Positions 28,637-36,562 of a DNA stretch of 64,000 bases are shown one piece after another. The notes under the pieces are model-generated. The model was not told where the DNA came from. It saw only the letters and a list, made by a program, of their open reading frames with translations, and did no database searches. Numbering within the stretch: the stretch's first letter is position 1; each line of letters starts with the position of its first letter. Both the position numbers and the translations under genes were made by a program. Origin of the DNA: Gemmatimonadota bacterium. GTDB lineage: Bacteria; Gemmatimonadota; Gemmatimonadetes; Gemmatimonadales; GWC2-71-9. The DNA lies in assembly GCA_037440225.1 (NCBI GenBank), contig JBBIUN010000006.1:37126-101125 (forward strand), read 5' to 3'.

Positions 28637-30475
28637 CTAGAACCTGGTTCCGTGGTAATGGCAGGAGAAGCAGTTGGTCTTGGTGCCTCCCATGCTGCCG
28701 GTGTGGCAGGTATTGCACCACTTCCACCCGTTGACGGCGGTGTCTTTCACGTTGTTGTCCGTGATGGCGTAACTCCCACCTCCGTCGGGCGGGATGGGGA
28801 CGGTGCCGCTCTTGGAGTACACGGTATCCACCGCATGGAACAGGTTGCCCGAGACGTGCGCACGGTGGCAGGCCTCGCAGTTCATGAGGTCGCCCGCGCC
28901 CCATCCGTAGCCGCTCTTGAGCGTAGGGCTCCCGGTGGCCGCTCCCATGGCGTCGGTCGCGTGGGTGCTGCGCACGTTGGTTAGAGCCGTACTCGGCGGG
29001 GTGACCGTGGCGGGATAACTCCCGTCGTGACAATCCAGGCAGAACTCGGAGCGGAAGCTGACCCCCGCCATGACCTGTCCGGTTCCCGGCACGCGGCCGT
29101 CAGCGGGATCGGGATCGGTCTTCCAGGGCTGTGCGGCAGTGGCGCGGTGCGGGTCGTGACAGTCGGTGCACTCGATCTTAGCCCCGCTCGTGGTTTGGGC
29201 GGCGTACTGCACGTCGTGGCGGTCGTTCAGCCGCGTGTTGGCGGACGCTCCGACCGGCGCCGTGACCCACCGGACGGAGGTATTGAATTGGGCCGCCACG
29301 TTGGTCGCCGCCGGCCCGTTGCTGTCGTGGCAGTTGAAGCAGAACCCTTCTTCCTGCTCTGCGTTGGCGGGCGGGGTGGGCGCCAGGTCGGGGGGAGCCA
29401 GCAGCTTGCGTTTGAGCGAACCGTGCCCTGTGGCGTGGCAGCCGAAGGTGCCATCTCCGAAACAGCTGCGGTTGCCGGTCGCGTGCGCCGAAGTCGTCCA
29501 GGCCGCCGCGTCGATGGGGGGTCGGGTCACGCCGTCGCCGAATGGCACCAGGTTCCCGTCCGCCCCGTTGGCATCGTGACAGGCGAGGCAAAAGGCGGTG
29601 AGCTTGGCCGCTTGGGTGGAATCGGTGGCGGGGTTGCCAGCCAGCACGATGACCGAGTCGAGGTTCCCCGGGTAGTCCACGTTCCAGAGTCGCACCGAGC
29701 CTTGCTGGTGCCGGCTTTGGTCGTGGCACACCTGGCAGCGGGCCGCGGTCAGCGAATCGGGCGTGGGGACCTGGAGGTGATGGCTCGACCGGCTGAACTC
29801 GCCTACCACGGCGCGCCGCCCGCCCGGCGGGATGCCGTCGCCGTTGTCCTGGACCGTACTGTGGCAGTCGGTGCAGGTCCCGCTGGGCACGAAGCCGGCG
29901 TCGTGCCGGTGGCAGGTCTGGGTGCAGGTGCGGCCTGCCTCGTGCGTGTGATCGCCCTCGCTGGTATTCCGGTGATAGGCCGTTTGGGTGTGGCAGACCT
30001 CGCAGACGCCGTCGTAGACGCTGTCGCCGTCGGCGAAGGAGTGGGCCGTCGGTTGGCCGGCGTCCAGCCCCCGGCTTTCGAAGCGGACGCTCCGGCTCCC
30101 GCTGTGCGGGGTGACGATCACGGCGCGCACCAAGGCGAGATTGGTGAGGCCGGCGCTGTTGCGTTCGTAGTCGTGCGGGCTATGGCAGTCGGTGCACGTG
30201 GCCAGTTTGCCGCCGGCTTGGGTTTTGTGGACTTCGCGCACCGGGGCACCACCGCTGGGACTGTGACAGGTTTGGCAGAGCACTTCGCGCACCGCTTCCT
30301 TGGTCAAGTTCAGCCCCGGCGCCGTATGGACCTGGTGGCAGTTGGAGCAGGGGCTGTGCTGGCTGAAGAGCAGCAACGCCGGCAGGGCTCCGGCAGCCCC
30401 GGGCACGTGCGCGGCGGCTGCGGCGGCAGCGAGCGCTACCACGAGCCCCACCCCGAGGCGCACCGGCCGGGTCAT
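28637..30475 (-). CDS. Large multiheme c-type cytochrome (13 CxxCH plus 2 atypical motifs)
   Basis: Lies inside track ORF 28637..31048. ATG 30475 overlaps the upstream NHL stop (ATGA) and gives 612 aa with signal MTRPVRLGVGLVVALAAAAAAAH. Canonical CxxCH motifs: CSNCH, CQTCH, CTDCH, CEVCH, CTDCH, CQVCH, CLACH, CFNCH, CTDCH, CLDCH, CEACH, CNTCH, CFSCH. Atypical motifs: CTQTCH and CFGDGTFGCH. Confidence 0.85.
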   Translation of the reverse strand: MTRPVRLGVGLVVALAAAAAAAHVPGAAGALPALLLFSQHSPCSNCHQVHTAPGLNLTKEAVREVLCQTCHSPSGGAPVREVHKTQAGGKLATCTDCHSPHDYERNSAGLTNLALVRAVIVTPHSGSRSVRFESRGLDAGQPTAHSFADGDSVYDGVCEVCHTQTAYHRNTSEGDHTHEAGRTCTQTCHRHDAGFVPSGTCTDCHSTVQDNGDGIPPGGRRAVVGEFSRSSHHLQVPTPDSLTAARCQVCHDQSRHQQGSVRLWNVDYPGNLDSVIVLAGNPATDSTQAAKLTAFCLACHDANGADGNLVPFGDGVTRPPIDAAAWTTSAHATGNRSCFGDGTFGCHATGHGSLKRKLLAPPDLAPTPPANAEQEEGFCFNCHDSNGPAATNVAAQFNTSVRWVTAPVGASANTRLNDRHDVQYAAQTTSGAKIECTDCHDPHRATAAQPWKTDPDPADGRVPGTGQVMAGVSFRSEFCLDCHDGSYPATVTPPSTALTNVRSTHATDAMGAATGSPTLKSGYGWGAGDLMNCEACHRAHVSGNLFHAVDTVYSKSGTVPIPPDGGGSYAITDNNVKDTAVNGWKWCNTCHTGSMGGTKTNCFSCHYHGTRF

Positions 30476-31437
30476 GGCTTGCCTCCCAGCAGGTAACGCT
30501 CGATGCGCGCGGTCTTGTAGCTGGTGACCAAGGCTTCGCCTCCCGGGGTCACGACCACGTCGAGGGGCAGGAGGAGCTGCCCCGGCCCGTCGCCGAAACT
30601 GCCCAGGGTCCCGACCCGCGCCAGCGTGCTGCGGTCGAACGCCAGCACCTGACCCAAGAGGCCATCCACCAGATACACCCGTCCCTGGGCGTCCAGCGCG
30701 ACACCCTGGGGGCGCGAGAAGCCGCCGGTGCAACCCAGCATCCCGCAACTCCCCTTGCCGGAAACCGCCGCCACCAGGTGACCCTGGTAATCGAGGATCT
30801 TGAGGCTCGCGTACTCGCCGGCGGCGAGATCGCCGTAGTCGCTCACCAGCACCTGCTGCTGCGCCGAGTCCACTGCAAGGCCCGTGGGATGCCGCAACCC
30901 ACCGAGGGAGCCTCGCGGGCGGCCCTGGTAATCGAATACCTGAACGCTGCCTCCCTTGCCGTCCGCCACAAAAACCAGCTCGCGGGAGGCGTCCACATCC
31001 AGGTCCACCGGATCGCGCAGCAGCCCGTGGCCAAATTCGAAGCGCCACCGCCCGCTGGGGCTGAACACGTCCACCACGCTCCGGCTGGCGTTGCCCACGA
31101 AGATGTGGCCACCGGCCGCCGCGAGTCCCACCGCATGTCCCCGGACCGGGAGCGCACCCACCGGCGCCAGGGAACTCGGGTCCAACCTCACCACCGCCGC
31201 TCCGAAGTAATCGCTGACGAGCAGACTGCCGTCGGGCGTGCGCGCCAAGCGCACGGGGGAGCTGAGTCGGGAGGCAGCACGACTCCAGGCGAGGCGAAAG
31301 CCGAGGTCCGCCGCGGTGGGCGACTCGCTCCCGGCCGATCCCAGCCGTTCATCGCACCCCCAGGTGAGCCCGGCGGCAGCCAAAGCCAGGGCCGCGAGCC
31401 AGCGGATGGGGGACGGACAGCGCGGCGATAGCCTCAT
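30472..31437 (-). CDS. NHL-repeat beta-propeller lipoprotein
   Basis: 321 aa with lipobox LTWGC and NHL-like units (SPVRLARTPDGSLLVSD, DPVDLDVDASRELVFVAD, HPTGLAVDSAQQQVLVSD, RPQGVALDAQGRVYLVD). Confidence 0.8.
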   Translation of the reverse strand: MRLSPRCPSPIRWLAALALAAAGLTWGCDERLGSAGSESPTAADLGFRLAWSRAASRLSSPVRLARTPDGSLLVSDYFGAAVVRLDPSSLAPVGALPVRGHAVGLAAAGGHIFVGNASRSVVDVFSPSGRWRFEFGHGLLRDPVDLDVDASRELVFVADGKGGSVQVFDYQGRPRGSLGGLRHPTGLAVDSAQQQVLVSDYGDLAAGEYASLKILDYQGHLVAAVSGKGSCGMLGCTGGFSRPQGVALDAQGRVYLVDGLLGQVLAFDRSTLARVGTLGSFGDGPGQLLLPLDVVVTPGGEALVTSYKTARIERYLLGGKP

Positions 31438-31464
31438 CCAGAGCGCAAGATGCGCCAGCCTGCG

Positions 31465-31492
31465 GTGAACCCTCAGTGAAGTTGCGGTGAAC
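31465..31492. promoter_or_regulatory. Three direct hexamers phased at 11 bp (GTGAAC-n5-GTGAAG-n5-GTGAAC), candidate response-regulator operator
   Basis: Read directly: hexamer starts at 31465, 31476 and 31487, and TGCGGTGAAC is repeated exactly 22 bp apart. The site is 28-55 nt upstream of the NHL start and 165-192 nt upstream of the response regulator start. Confidence 0.35.
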
Positions 31493-31656
31493 GAGCCTTG
31501 GCGCTCTCGAGGAACGGGCGGGGCTTGCCGCTGCTTCGATCCGGAAGCGCCTTCGGGTCTCTGGCGGATCCAAAGGGAGCGCCCTAGGCTTGAGAGAGCC
31601 AGGGGGACCTGGCGACTCGGGATCGTCAGGAACGCCCTCGGGGTAGCAAGGTCGCG

Positions 31657-32325
31657 ATGCGCATCCTCATCGTCGAAGACGACCCGCAGCTACGCGAGAT
31701 CGTCGCCACCGCCCTCCGGGAGGAGGGCTACGAAGTGGTCACGGCCTCCTCGGTTCGCGAGGGGCGGGAGCGGGCCGTGTTCGGGGCGTACGGGCTCTTC
31801 ATCTTGGACATCATGCTTCCCGACGGGAGCGGCGTCGAGCTGTGCGCCGCGCTGCGCGATGCGGGAATCGCCACGCCGGTCCTGTTGCTCACCGCCCGGA
31901 ACACGGTGGACGACAAGGTCGCGGGGCTGGATGCCGGAGCGGACGACTATCTGCCGAAGCCGTTTGCGCTGCGCGAGCTGTCCGCCCGGGTCCGGGCGCT
32001 CCTGCGCCGTCCGCCCTCGGTGCAGCCCTCGGTCGCCCGCATTGCCGACCTCGAGGTGGACCTCCGCAGCCGCCGCGTGCGGCGTGCCGGCCGGGACATC
32101 GCGCTGACCGCCAAGGAGTTCGCCCTGCTCGAGTGCTTCGTGCTGCACCGGGATGCCGTCCTCGACCGGGCCACGATCACCGCCCACGTGTGGGACGAGA
32201 ACCACGATCCCTTCACCAATACGCTCGAGGTCCTGGTCCGGCGGCTGCGGCAGAAGATTGACGACGACTTTGCCCCCAAGCTGATCCACACCGTGCGCGG
32301 CGCCGGATACCGGTTCGGCCCCTGA
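31657..32325 (+). CDS. OmpR/PhoB-family response regulator
   Basis: 222 aa with a receiver domain (MRILIVEDD..., LFILDIMLPDGSG, ...DDYLPKPF) and a winged-helix C-terminus (...LTAKEFALLECF...IHTVRGAGYRFG). Confidence 0.93.
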   Translation: MRILIVEDDPQLREIVATALREEGYEVVTASSVREGRERAVFGAYGLFILDIMLPDGSGVELCAALRDAGIATPVLLLTARNTVDDKVAGLDAGADDYLPKPFALRELSARVRALLRRPPSVQPSVARIADLEVDLRSRRVRRAGRDIALTAKEFALLECFVLHRDAVLDRATITAHVWDENHDPFTNTLEVLVRRLRQKIDDDFAPKLIHTVRGAGYRFGP

Positions 32326-33644
32326 TGGACCCCCTCAAGCGCCTCCGCCTGCGGCTGACCGCCTGGTACGTGGGGACGTTCACGGTGGTGTTGGTGTTGC
32401 TCGGCTCGGGACTGTTCATCGCGCTGTCGGGCCAACTGTCCGGGGACCTGGACCTGCGGCTCGAAACGGCGGTGGCGGCGGTGCGCCGCACGATGGACGT
32501 CCGGGCGGCCTTCGGCACCGCACCGGAGCAGGCCCTGCGCGAGGCCGTGGCGGAAAACGCGGGGCCGGAGCGCTTGCTCTATCTCTTCGATGGAGCGGGC
32601 AAACCCCTCATCGCACCCAACCCCGTGGATCCGCGCATCGCGGCGGCAGCGGTGGACGCGGTCAACGAAGAGGATGCCGTGAGCGACGAATTCCGCACCT
32701 CCAGCCGCCAGCGCTGGAGGCTCTACGCGGAGCCGATTCTCTTGGGCGACGGCCAGGGCTTCGCCCTGGTGGCATTGGCCGACGCCACCGGATTCCAACG
32801 CCAGTTCAGCCGCCTGGTCCAGACGTTCATCGCCGCCGCGCTCCTCGCCTTGCTCCCGGTGGGCTTGGGCGGCTATCAGATCGCGCGCGTGTCGGCAGCG
32901 AGCGTGGAGCGGGCCATGGAGCGGTTGCGGACGCTCACGGCAGACGCGGCGCACGAGCTGCGGACGCCGGTATCCGTGATCCGGGGTCACGCCGAGCTGG
33001 CGATCCAACGGGAGCGCGATGCCGCATCCTACAGCGCCGCCCTGCAACAGATCGCCGCGGAAGCCCAACGCCTGGGCCAGCTCCTCGACAACCTCCTGAT
33101 GCTCGCCCGCGCCGAGGCCGGCGAGCGGCCCAGGCAACGCCGCCGGCTGTTCCTCGACGACCTTGCCGATCAGGCCGTGACCAGCGCCGCGGTGCTCGGC
33201 ACCGGGCGCGGCGTCCGCGTGTCCCTGGGACGGTTCGAGGAAACCCCCGTCGTCGCCGACCCGGACCTGTTGAGGCAGATGCTCATGATTCTGTTGGACA
33301 ACGGCATCAAGTTCACGCCCAGCGGCGGATCGGTCCAGGTGCACGTGTTCACCGAGCAGCATCATCCGGTGCTCGTGGTCGAGGACACCGGCATCGGGAT
33401 CGCACCCGAACACCTGCCGCACGTCTTCCAGCGATTCTACCGGGGAGATCGCAGCCGAAGCGGCGTGCCCGGAGCCGGGCTGGGATTGGCCATCGCCCGG
33501 TGGATTGCCGATCAGCACGACGCCACGATCAGCATCCACTCGGCGCTCGATCACGGTACCCGCGTCGAGGTCCGATTCCCCCCTCCCCCCGCACCGCCAT
33601 CCGAACAGCCACCAGCAGCCACAGCGCCAAGCAGCCAGGCCTGA
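32325..33644 (+). CDS. Sensor histidine kinase
   Basis: 439 aa with two N-terminal TM segments, the H-box DAAHELRTPVSVIRG, and N/G boxes (LLDNGIKFTP, VEDTGIGI, GAGLGLAI). The start overlaps the regulator stop (TGATG). Confidence 0.9.
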   Translation: MDPLKRLRLRLTAWYVGTFTVVLVLLGSGLFIALSGQLSGDLDLRLETAVAAVRRTMDVRAAFGTAPEQALREAVAENAGPERLLYLFDGAGKPLIAPNPVDPRIAAAAVDAVNEEDAVSDEFRTSSRQRWRLYAEPILLGDGQGFALVALADATGFQRQFSRLVQTFIAAALLALLPVGLGGYQIARVSAASVERAMERLRTLTADAAHELRTPVSVIRGHAELAIQRERDAASYSAALQQIAAEAQRLGQLLDNLLMLARAEAGERPRQRRRLFLDDLADQAVTSAAVLGTGRGVRVSLGRFEETPVVADPDLLRQMLMILLDNGIKFTPSGGSVQVHVFTEQHHPVLVVEDTGIGIAPEHLPHVFQRFYRGDRSRSGVPGAGLGLAIARWIADQHDATISIHSALDHGTRVEVRFPPPPAPPSEQPPAATAPSSQA

Positions 33645-33828
33645 GCGGACCTTGAGGACCGGCGGTGACCGACCCGGGGCGCAACTTCCTGCGCCGCCCG
33701 GTTGGTGCGCCGCTTGCCTCCCGCCATTCGCTGTCAGCCTGCTGTAAGGATGAGCGCGCGACTGTCATCGTAGCGTAAGCTCAGCGGACTATGCTTCGGC
33801 GCGTCATCCCACAGGACCCGCAGCATCC

Positions 33829-34713
33829 ATGCTGGCCGTGAAGCTGTTGAGCCTGAACATCTGGGACCTCCCAATCCCGCTTCCCGGCGTCAATCACCGG
33901 CGGCGCCGGAAGGAGATCTTGCAGCGCGTCCCGCAGCTCGGCGCCGATGTGGTGCTGATCCAAGAAGCCTTCCGGCCAGCCTTCAAGCTCGAGCTGCGCT
34001 GGGCGCTGCCCGACTACTACGCAGATCACTACCTGGCCGGCAGCCAACGCCGCTGGGGTGTACGGTTCGACGCCTCCGGCGGCTTGCTCACGCTCTCCCG
34101 TTGGCCGGTGCTGCGGTCGCGCTACCAGCCGGCCCGCACGTTTCCCGGCATGCGGTGGGACGAACTCCTGGGCTCCAAGGGCTGCCTCCTCACGCTGCTA
34201 CGGACTCCGGCCGGACCGCTTTGGGTCGGCAACGTGCACTTGCACGCGGGAACCGGCCGGAGCGCCCGGCAAGCTCGCGTGCTGCAAGTCCGGCACCTGC
34301 TCCGAGCTTTGCCCCACCACGAGAGCGGCAGGTTGCTACTGGGCGGCGACTTCAACATGGATCCGGCAACCGAGCAGCTCGAAGGGCCAACCGGCTTGGA
34401 CCTGTTGTTCCAGGCCGGCTTTCGCGAGGTGGCCGGTGCGGTGGGAGGTCGCCTTGCCACCGTGGTCCAGCGTCGCAACCGCTACGCACGGTACTGGCCG
34501 GGGCGGCATCCGGATCGCCGGTTGACGCATTTCTTCTGCCGGGGCGGCGGCATTCGGCCGGTGCCCGGCAGCGTCTCTGTGTGTCTCGATGATCCGCCGG
34601 TATCGGACCACTTCGGCTTGATGGCCCACTTCAAGTTGGCACCGGCAGGAGCCGTGCCGCGGACCGCCGGCGTCGAGCGGCAGGCTGCCGGCATCGGGGC
34701 GGGCGCGGAATGA
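33829..34713 (+). CDS. Endonuclease/exonuclease/phosphatase (EEP) family protein
   Basis: 294 aa with SLNIWDL, VVLIQEAF, GNVHLHAG, LLGGDFNMDP and VSDHFGL, the EEP catalytic motif series (sphingomyelinase/inositol-phosphatase-like fold). Confidence 0.8.
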   Translation: MLAVKLLSLNIWDLPIPLPGVNHRRRRKEILQRVPQLGADVVLIQEAFRPAFKLELRWALPDYYADHYLAGSQRRWGVRFDASGGLLTLSRWPVLRSRYQPARTFPGMRWDELLGSKGCLLTLLRTPAGPLWVGNVHLHAGTGRSARQARVLQVRHLLRALPHHESGRLLLGGDFNMDPATEQLEGPTGLDLLFQAGFREVAGAVGGRLATVVQRRNRYARYWPGRHPDRRLTHFFCRGGGIRPVPGSVSVCLDDPPVSDHFGLMAHFKLAPAGAVPRTAGVERQAAGIGAGAE

Positions 34714-35180
34714 TGGACGGGGACGGGGGCCGGGACGGATCGGCTGCCGGACGGCGGCGGGAGCGGTCGTCGCCCGCTCCAGCGGTCGGGGGCTGGCTCG
34801 GGGGTCGCGCCAGTGCCGGCTTGCTCGTGGCAGCCTTGACCATCGCCATTCCCCGCCTGCCGGTCCGGGCCCAGCAAGGCGACACAACCCGGCACGCGGC
34901 GCCCGATACGACCGCCGCCGAAGTCGTGCCCGTCACGGAGGCCTATCCCGGACTGCTGCAGCGCGCCAAGGTCAGTCCCGCCGCGGCGGTACGGGCGGCG
35001 CTGGCCAAGGTCAAGCACGGAAAGGTCGCCGCGGCGCAGATCGAAGAAAGGGGGCAACGTCTGGTGTACGTGCTCACGGTCGAGGATTCCAAGGGGCGAC
35101 CCCGAGAGGTCTTGGTGGACGCCGAGACGGGGCGCGTCTTGTCCAATCGCAAACTGTCGCGCATCGAATCCCAAGGCTAG
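34710..35180 (+). CDS. PepSY domain protein (secreted or anchored)
   Basis: 156 aa. The start overlaps the EEP stop (ATGA). It has a hydrophobic segment LLVAALTIAIP. The C-terminus ...AAVRAALAKVKHGKVAAAQIEERGQRLVYVLTVEDSKGRPREVLVDAETGRVLS fits the PepSY pattern. Confidence 0.6.
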   Translation: MMDGDGGRDGSAAGRRRERSSPAPAVGGWLGGRASAGLLVAALTIAIPRLPVRAQQGDTTRHAAPDTTAAEVVPVTEAYPGLLQRAKVSPAAAVRAALAKVKHGKVAAAQIEERGQRLVYVLTVEDSKGRPREVLVDAETGRVLSNRKLSRIESQG

Positions 35181-35183
35181 CGC

Positions 35184-35873
35184 ATGGCCATTCTCTTCGA
35201 TTTCGGGGGCACGTTGGACGCCGACGGGTTGCGGCTGAGCTTGCGGTTCTACCGCGCGTTCTGCCGCGCGGGCGGGCGGTTGCCGTTCGCCGAGTTCGAG
35301 TCCCTGTTCCGGGAGAGCGACCGGCGGCTGGCCGCGATGCCGGGGATCCGGCAGGCGGGCTGCCGGGACACCTTGGAGCTGCAAAGCGACCTGCTCGCCC
35401 GCCTCCTGGCCGACGCGGGGCACGACGCCGACCGCCGCGCCCTGGTGCAGCCGGTGCACGCCGGCATCCTGAAGATGGCAGCTCGCAACCGGCCCCTGCT
35501 CGAAGGGTTGGCCCGGGAGCACCGCTTGGGCGTGGTGTCCAACTTCACGGGCAACCTGACTGCCTGGCTCCGGGATCTCGATCTGCTCGCGCCCTTCGCC
35601 GTGGTGGCGGATTCCGCCGTGGTGGGCGTGGAGAAACCCGATCCCAGAATCCTCCGCCACGCCCTCGGTGCCCTGAACGCCGAACCCGCCGCGACGTGGA
35701 TGGTGGGCGACAATCCCTGGCACGACTTGATGCCCGCTGCAAAGATGGGGCTTGCGACCTGCTGGCTGGCACCGCCCGAGGACAGCCGCACCTGGCCTGG
35801 TGGCGTGCCCACGGCGCGGATCAGCAGTCTCACGCAACTGCCGGCCCTTCTTACGACCACATGCACGGCCTGA
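35184..35873 (+). CDS. HAD-superfamily hydrolase (phosphatase-type)
   Basis: 229 aa with motif I ILFDFGGTLD, motif II VVSNF, and motif III/IV ...VGVEKPDP...MVGDNPWHDL. Confidence 0.8.
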   Translation: MAILFDFGGTLDADGLRLSLRFYRAFCRAGGRLPFAEFESLFRESDRRLAAMPGIRQAGCRDTLELQSDLLARLLADAGHDADRRALVQPVHAGILKMAARNRPLLEGLAREHRLGVVSNFTGNLTAWLRDLDLLAPFAVVADSAVVGVEKPDPRILRHALGALNAEPAATWMVGDNPWHDLMPAAKMGLATCWLAPPEDSRTWPGGVPTARISSLTQLPALLTTTCTA

Positions 35874-36562
35874 TTTTGGCGGGTGGGCTTGGCAGTCGCC
35901 TCGCGGCGGACGGGGTCGTGGAGCCCAAGGCTTTGGTGCGCATCGGAGGGCGGCCGCAGTTGGCGCGGCTGTGTGACACCTTGGAAGTGCTGGGCTGCTC
36001 GACCATCACGTGCCTGGTCCGTGAGGGCGTCTCCGCGGCGACGGCGGTGGGCTCGAGCCCGGGGAGACGCGTTCTCTCTTGTGCCACCCCATCGTCGCTG
36101 CACACCCTGGTGCTGGGCTTGGAGGCGGTCCCTCCGGGCCCGGTCTTCTGCTCCATGGTGGATACGGTGATGCCGTGGGAGAGCTGGCAGGCTGTTTGGT
36201 CGGGTTGGATCAGGGCCAGCGCCGACGGGGTGCCCGCGATGGTCGCGGTGGCCCCGCGCTCGCCGCGAGAGGAGGCTCCCTTGTGGGTGAAGCTGGACGG
36301 CGCCTGCCGGGTCACCCACATCGGGGCCGGAGCCGCGCCGGCAACGTGGTGTACGGCAGGTGTGTACGGAATCGCGCCCCCGGCCAGGCGGCTTGCCGCC
36401 GTGGCCGCGGCGGAAGGCGTATCGCGCATGCGAGGCTTCCTGGCCCGGTTGGTTCGCGCCGGGCTCGAGATCCTGGCGATCCCGGTCGCCCGGGCGCTGG
36501 ACCTGGATCGCCGCGCCGATCTCGACGAAGCGAACGCCTGGGCGCCCGCGGAGGTGCCGTGA
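35861..36562 (+). CDS. Nucleotidyltransferase (NTP_transferase family)
   Basis: This is the C-terminal part of track ORF 35696..36562. ATG 35861 gives 233 aa starting MHGLILAGGLGSRLAADGVVEPKALVRIGGRP (the GGxGxRL nucleotide-binding signature). Confidence 0.7.
   Translation: MHGLILAGGLGSRLAADGVVEPKALVRIGGRPQLARLCDTLEVLGCSTITCLVREGVSAATAVGSSPGRRVLSCATPSSLHTLVLGLEAVPPGPVFCSMVDTVMPWESWQAVWSGWIRASADGVPAMVAVAPRSPREEAPLWVKLDGACRVTHIGAGAAPATWCTAGVYGIAPPARRLAAVAAAEGVSRMRGFLARLVRAGLEILAIPVARALDLDRRADLDEANAWAPAEVP

Noticed and set aside
26594-28734. Long alternate-frame ORFs (26594..27970 minus, 26641..28734 plus) over the barrel gene
   Set aside because: They are Arg/Pro/Gly-rich with no signal peptide or motifs. 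The 26567..28483 frame has a signal peptide, an amphipathic strand pattern and a C-terminal Phe.
30476-31048. N-terminal 191-codon extension of the 13-heme cytochrome ORF (track 28637..31048)
   Set aside because: The extension overlaps the NHL propeller gene in another frame and is Arg/Gly/Ala/Pro-rich. ATG 30475 gives a proper signal peptide and an ATGA junction. I rejected the equivalent extensions of track ORFs 7863..9593, 8666..10030, 16320..17672, 20115..22679, 55625..57247, 58583..59722, 59422..60597 and 60197..61078 for the same reason.
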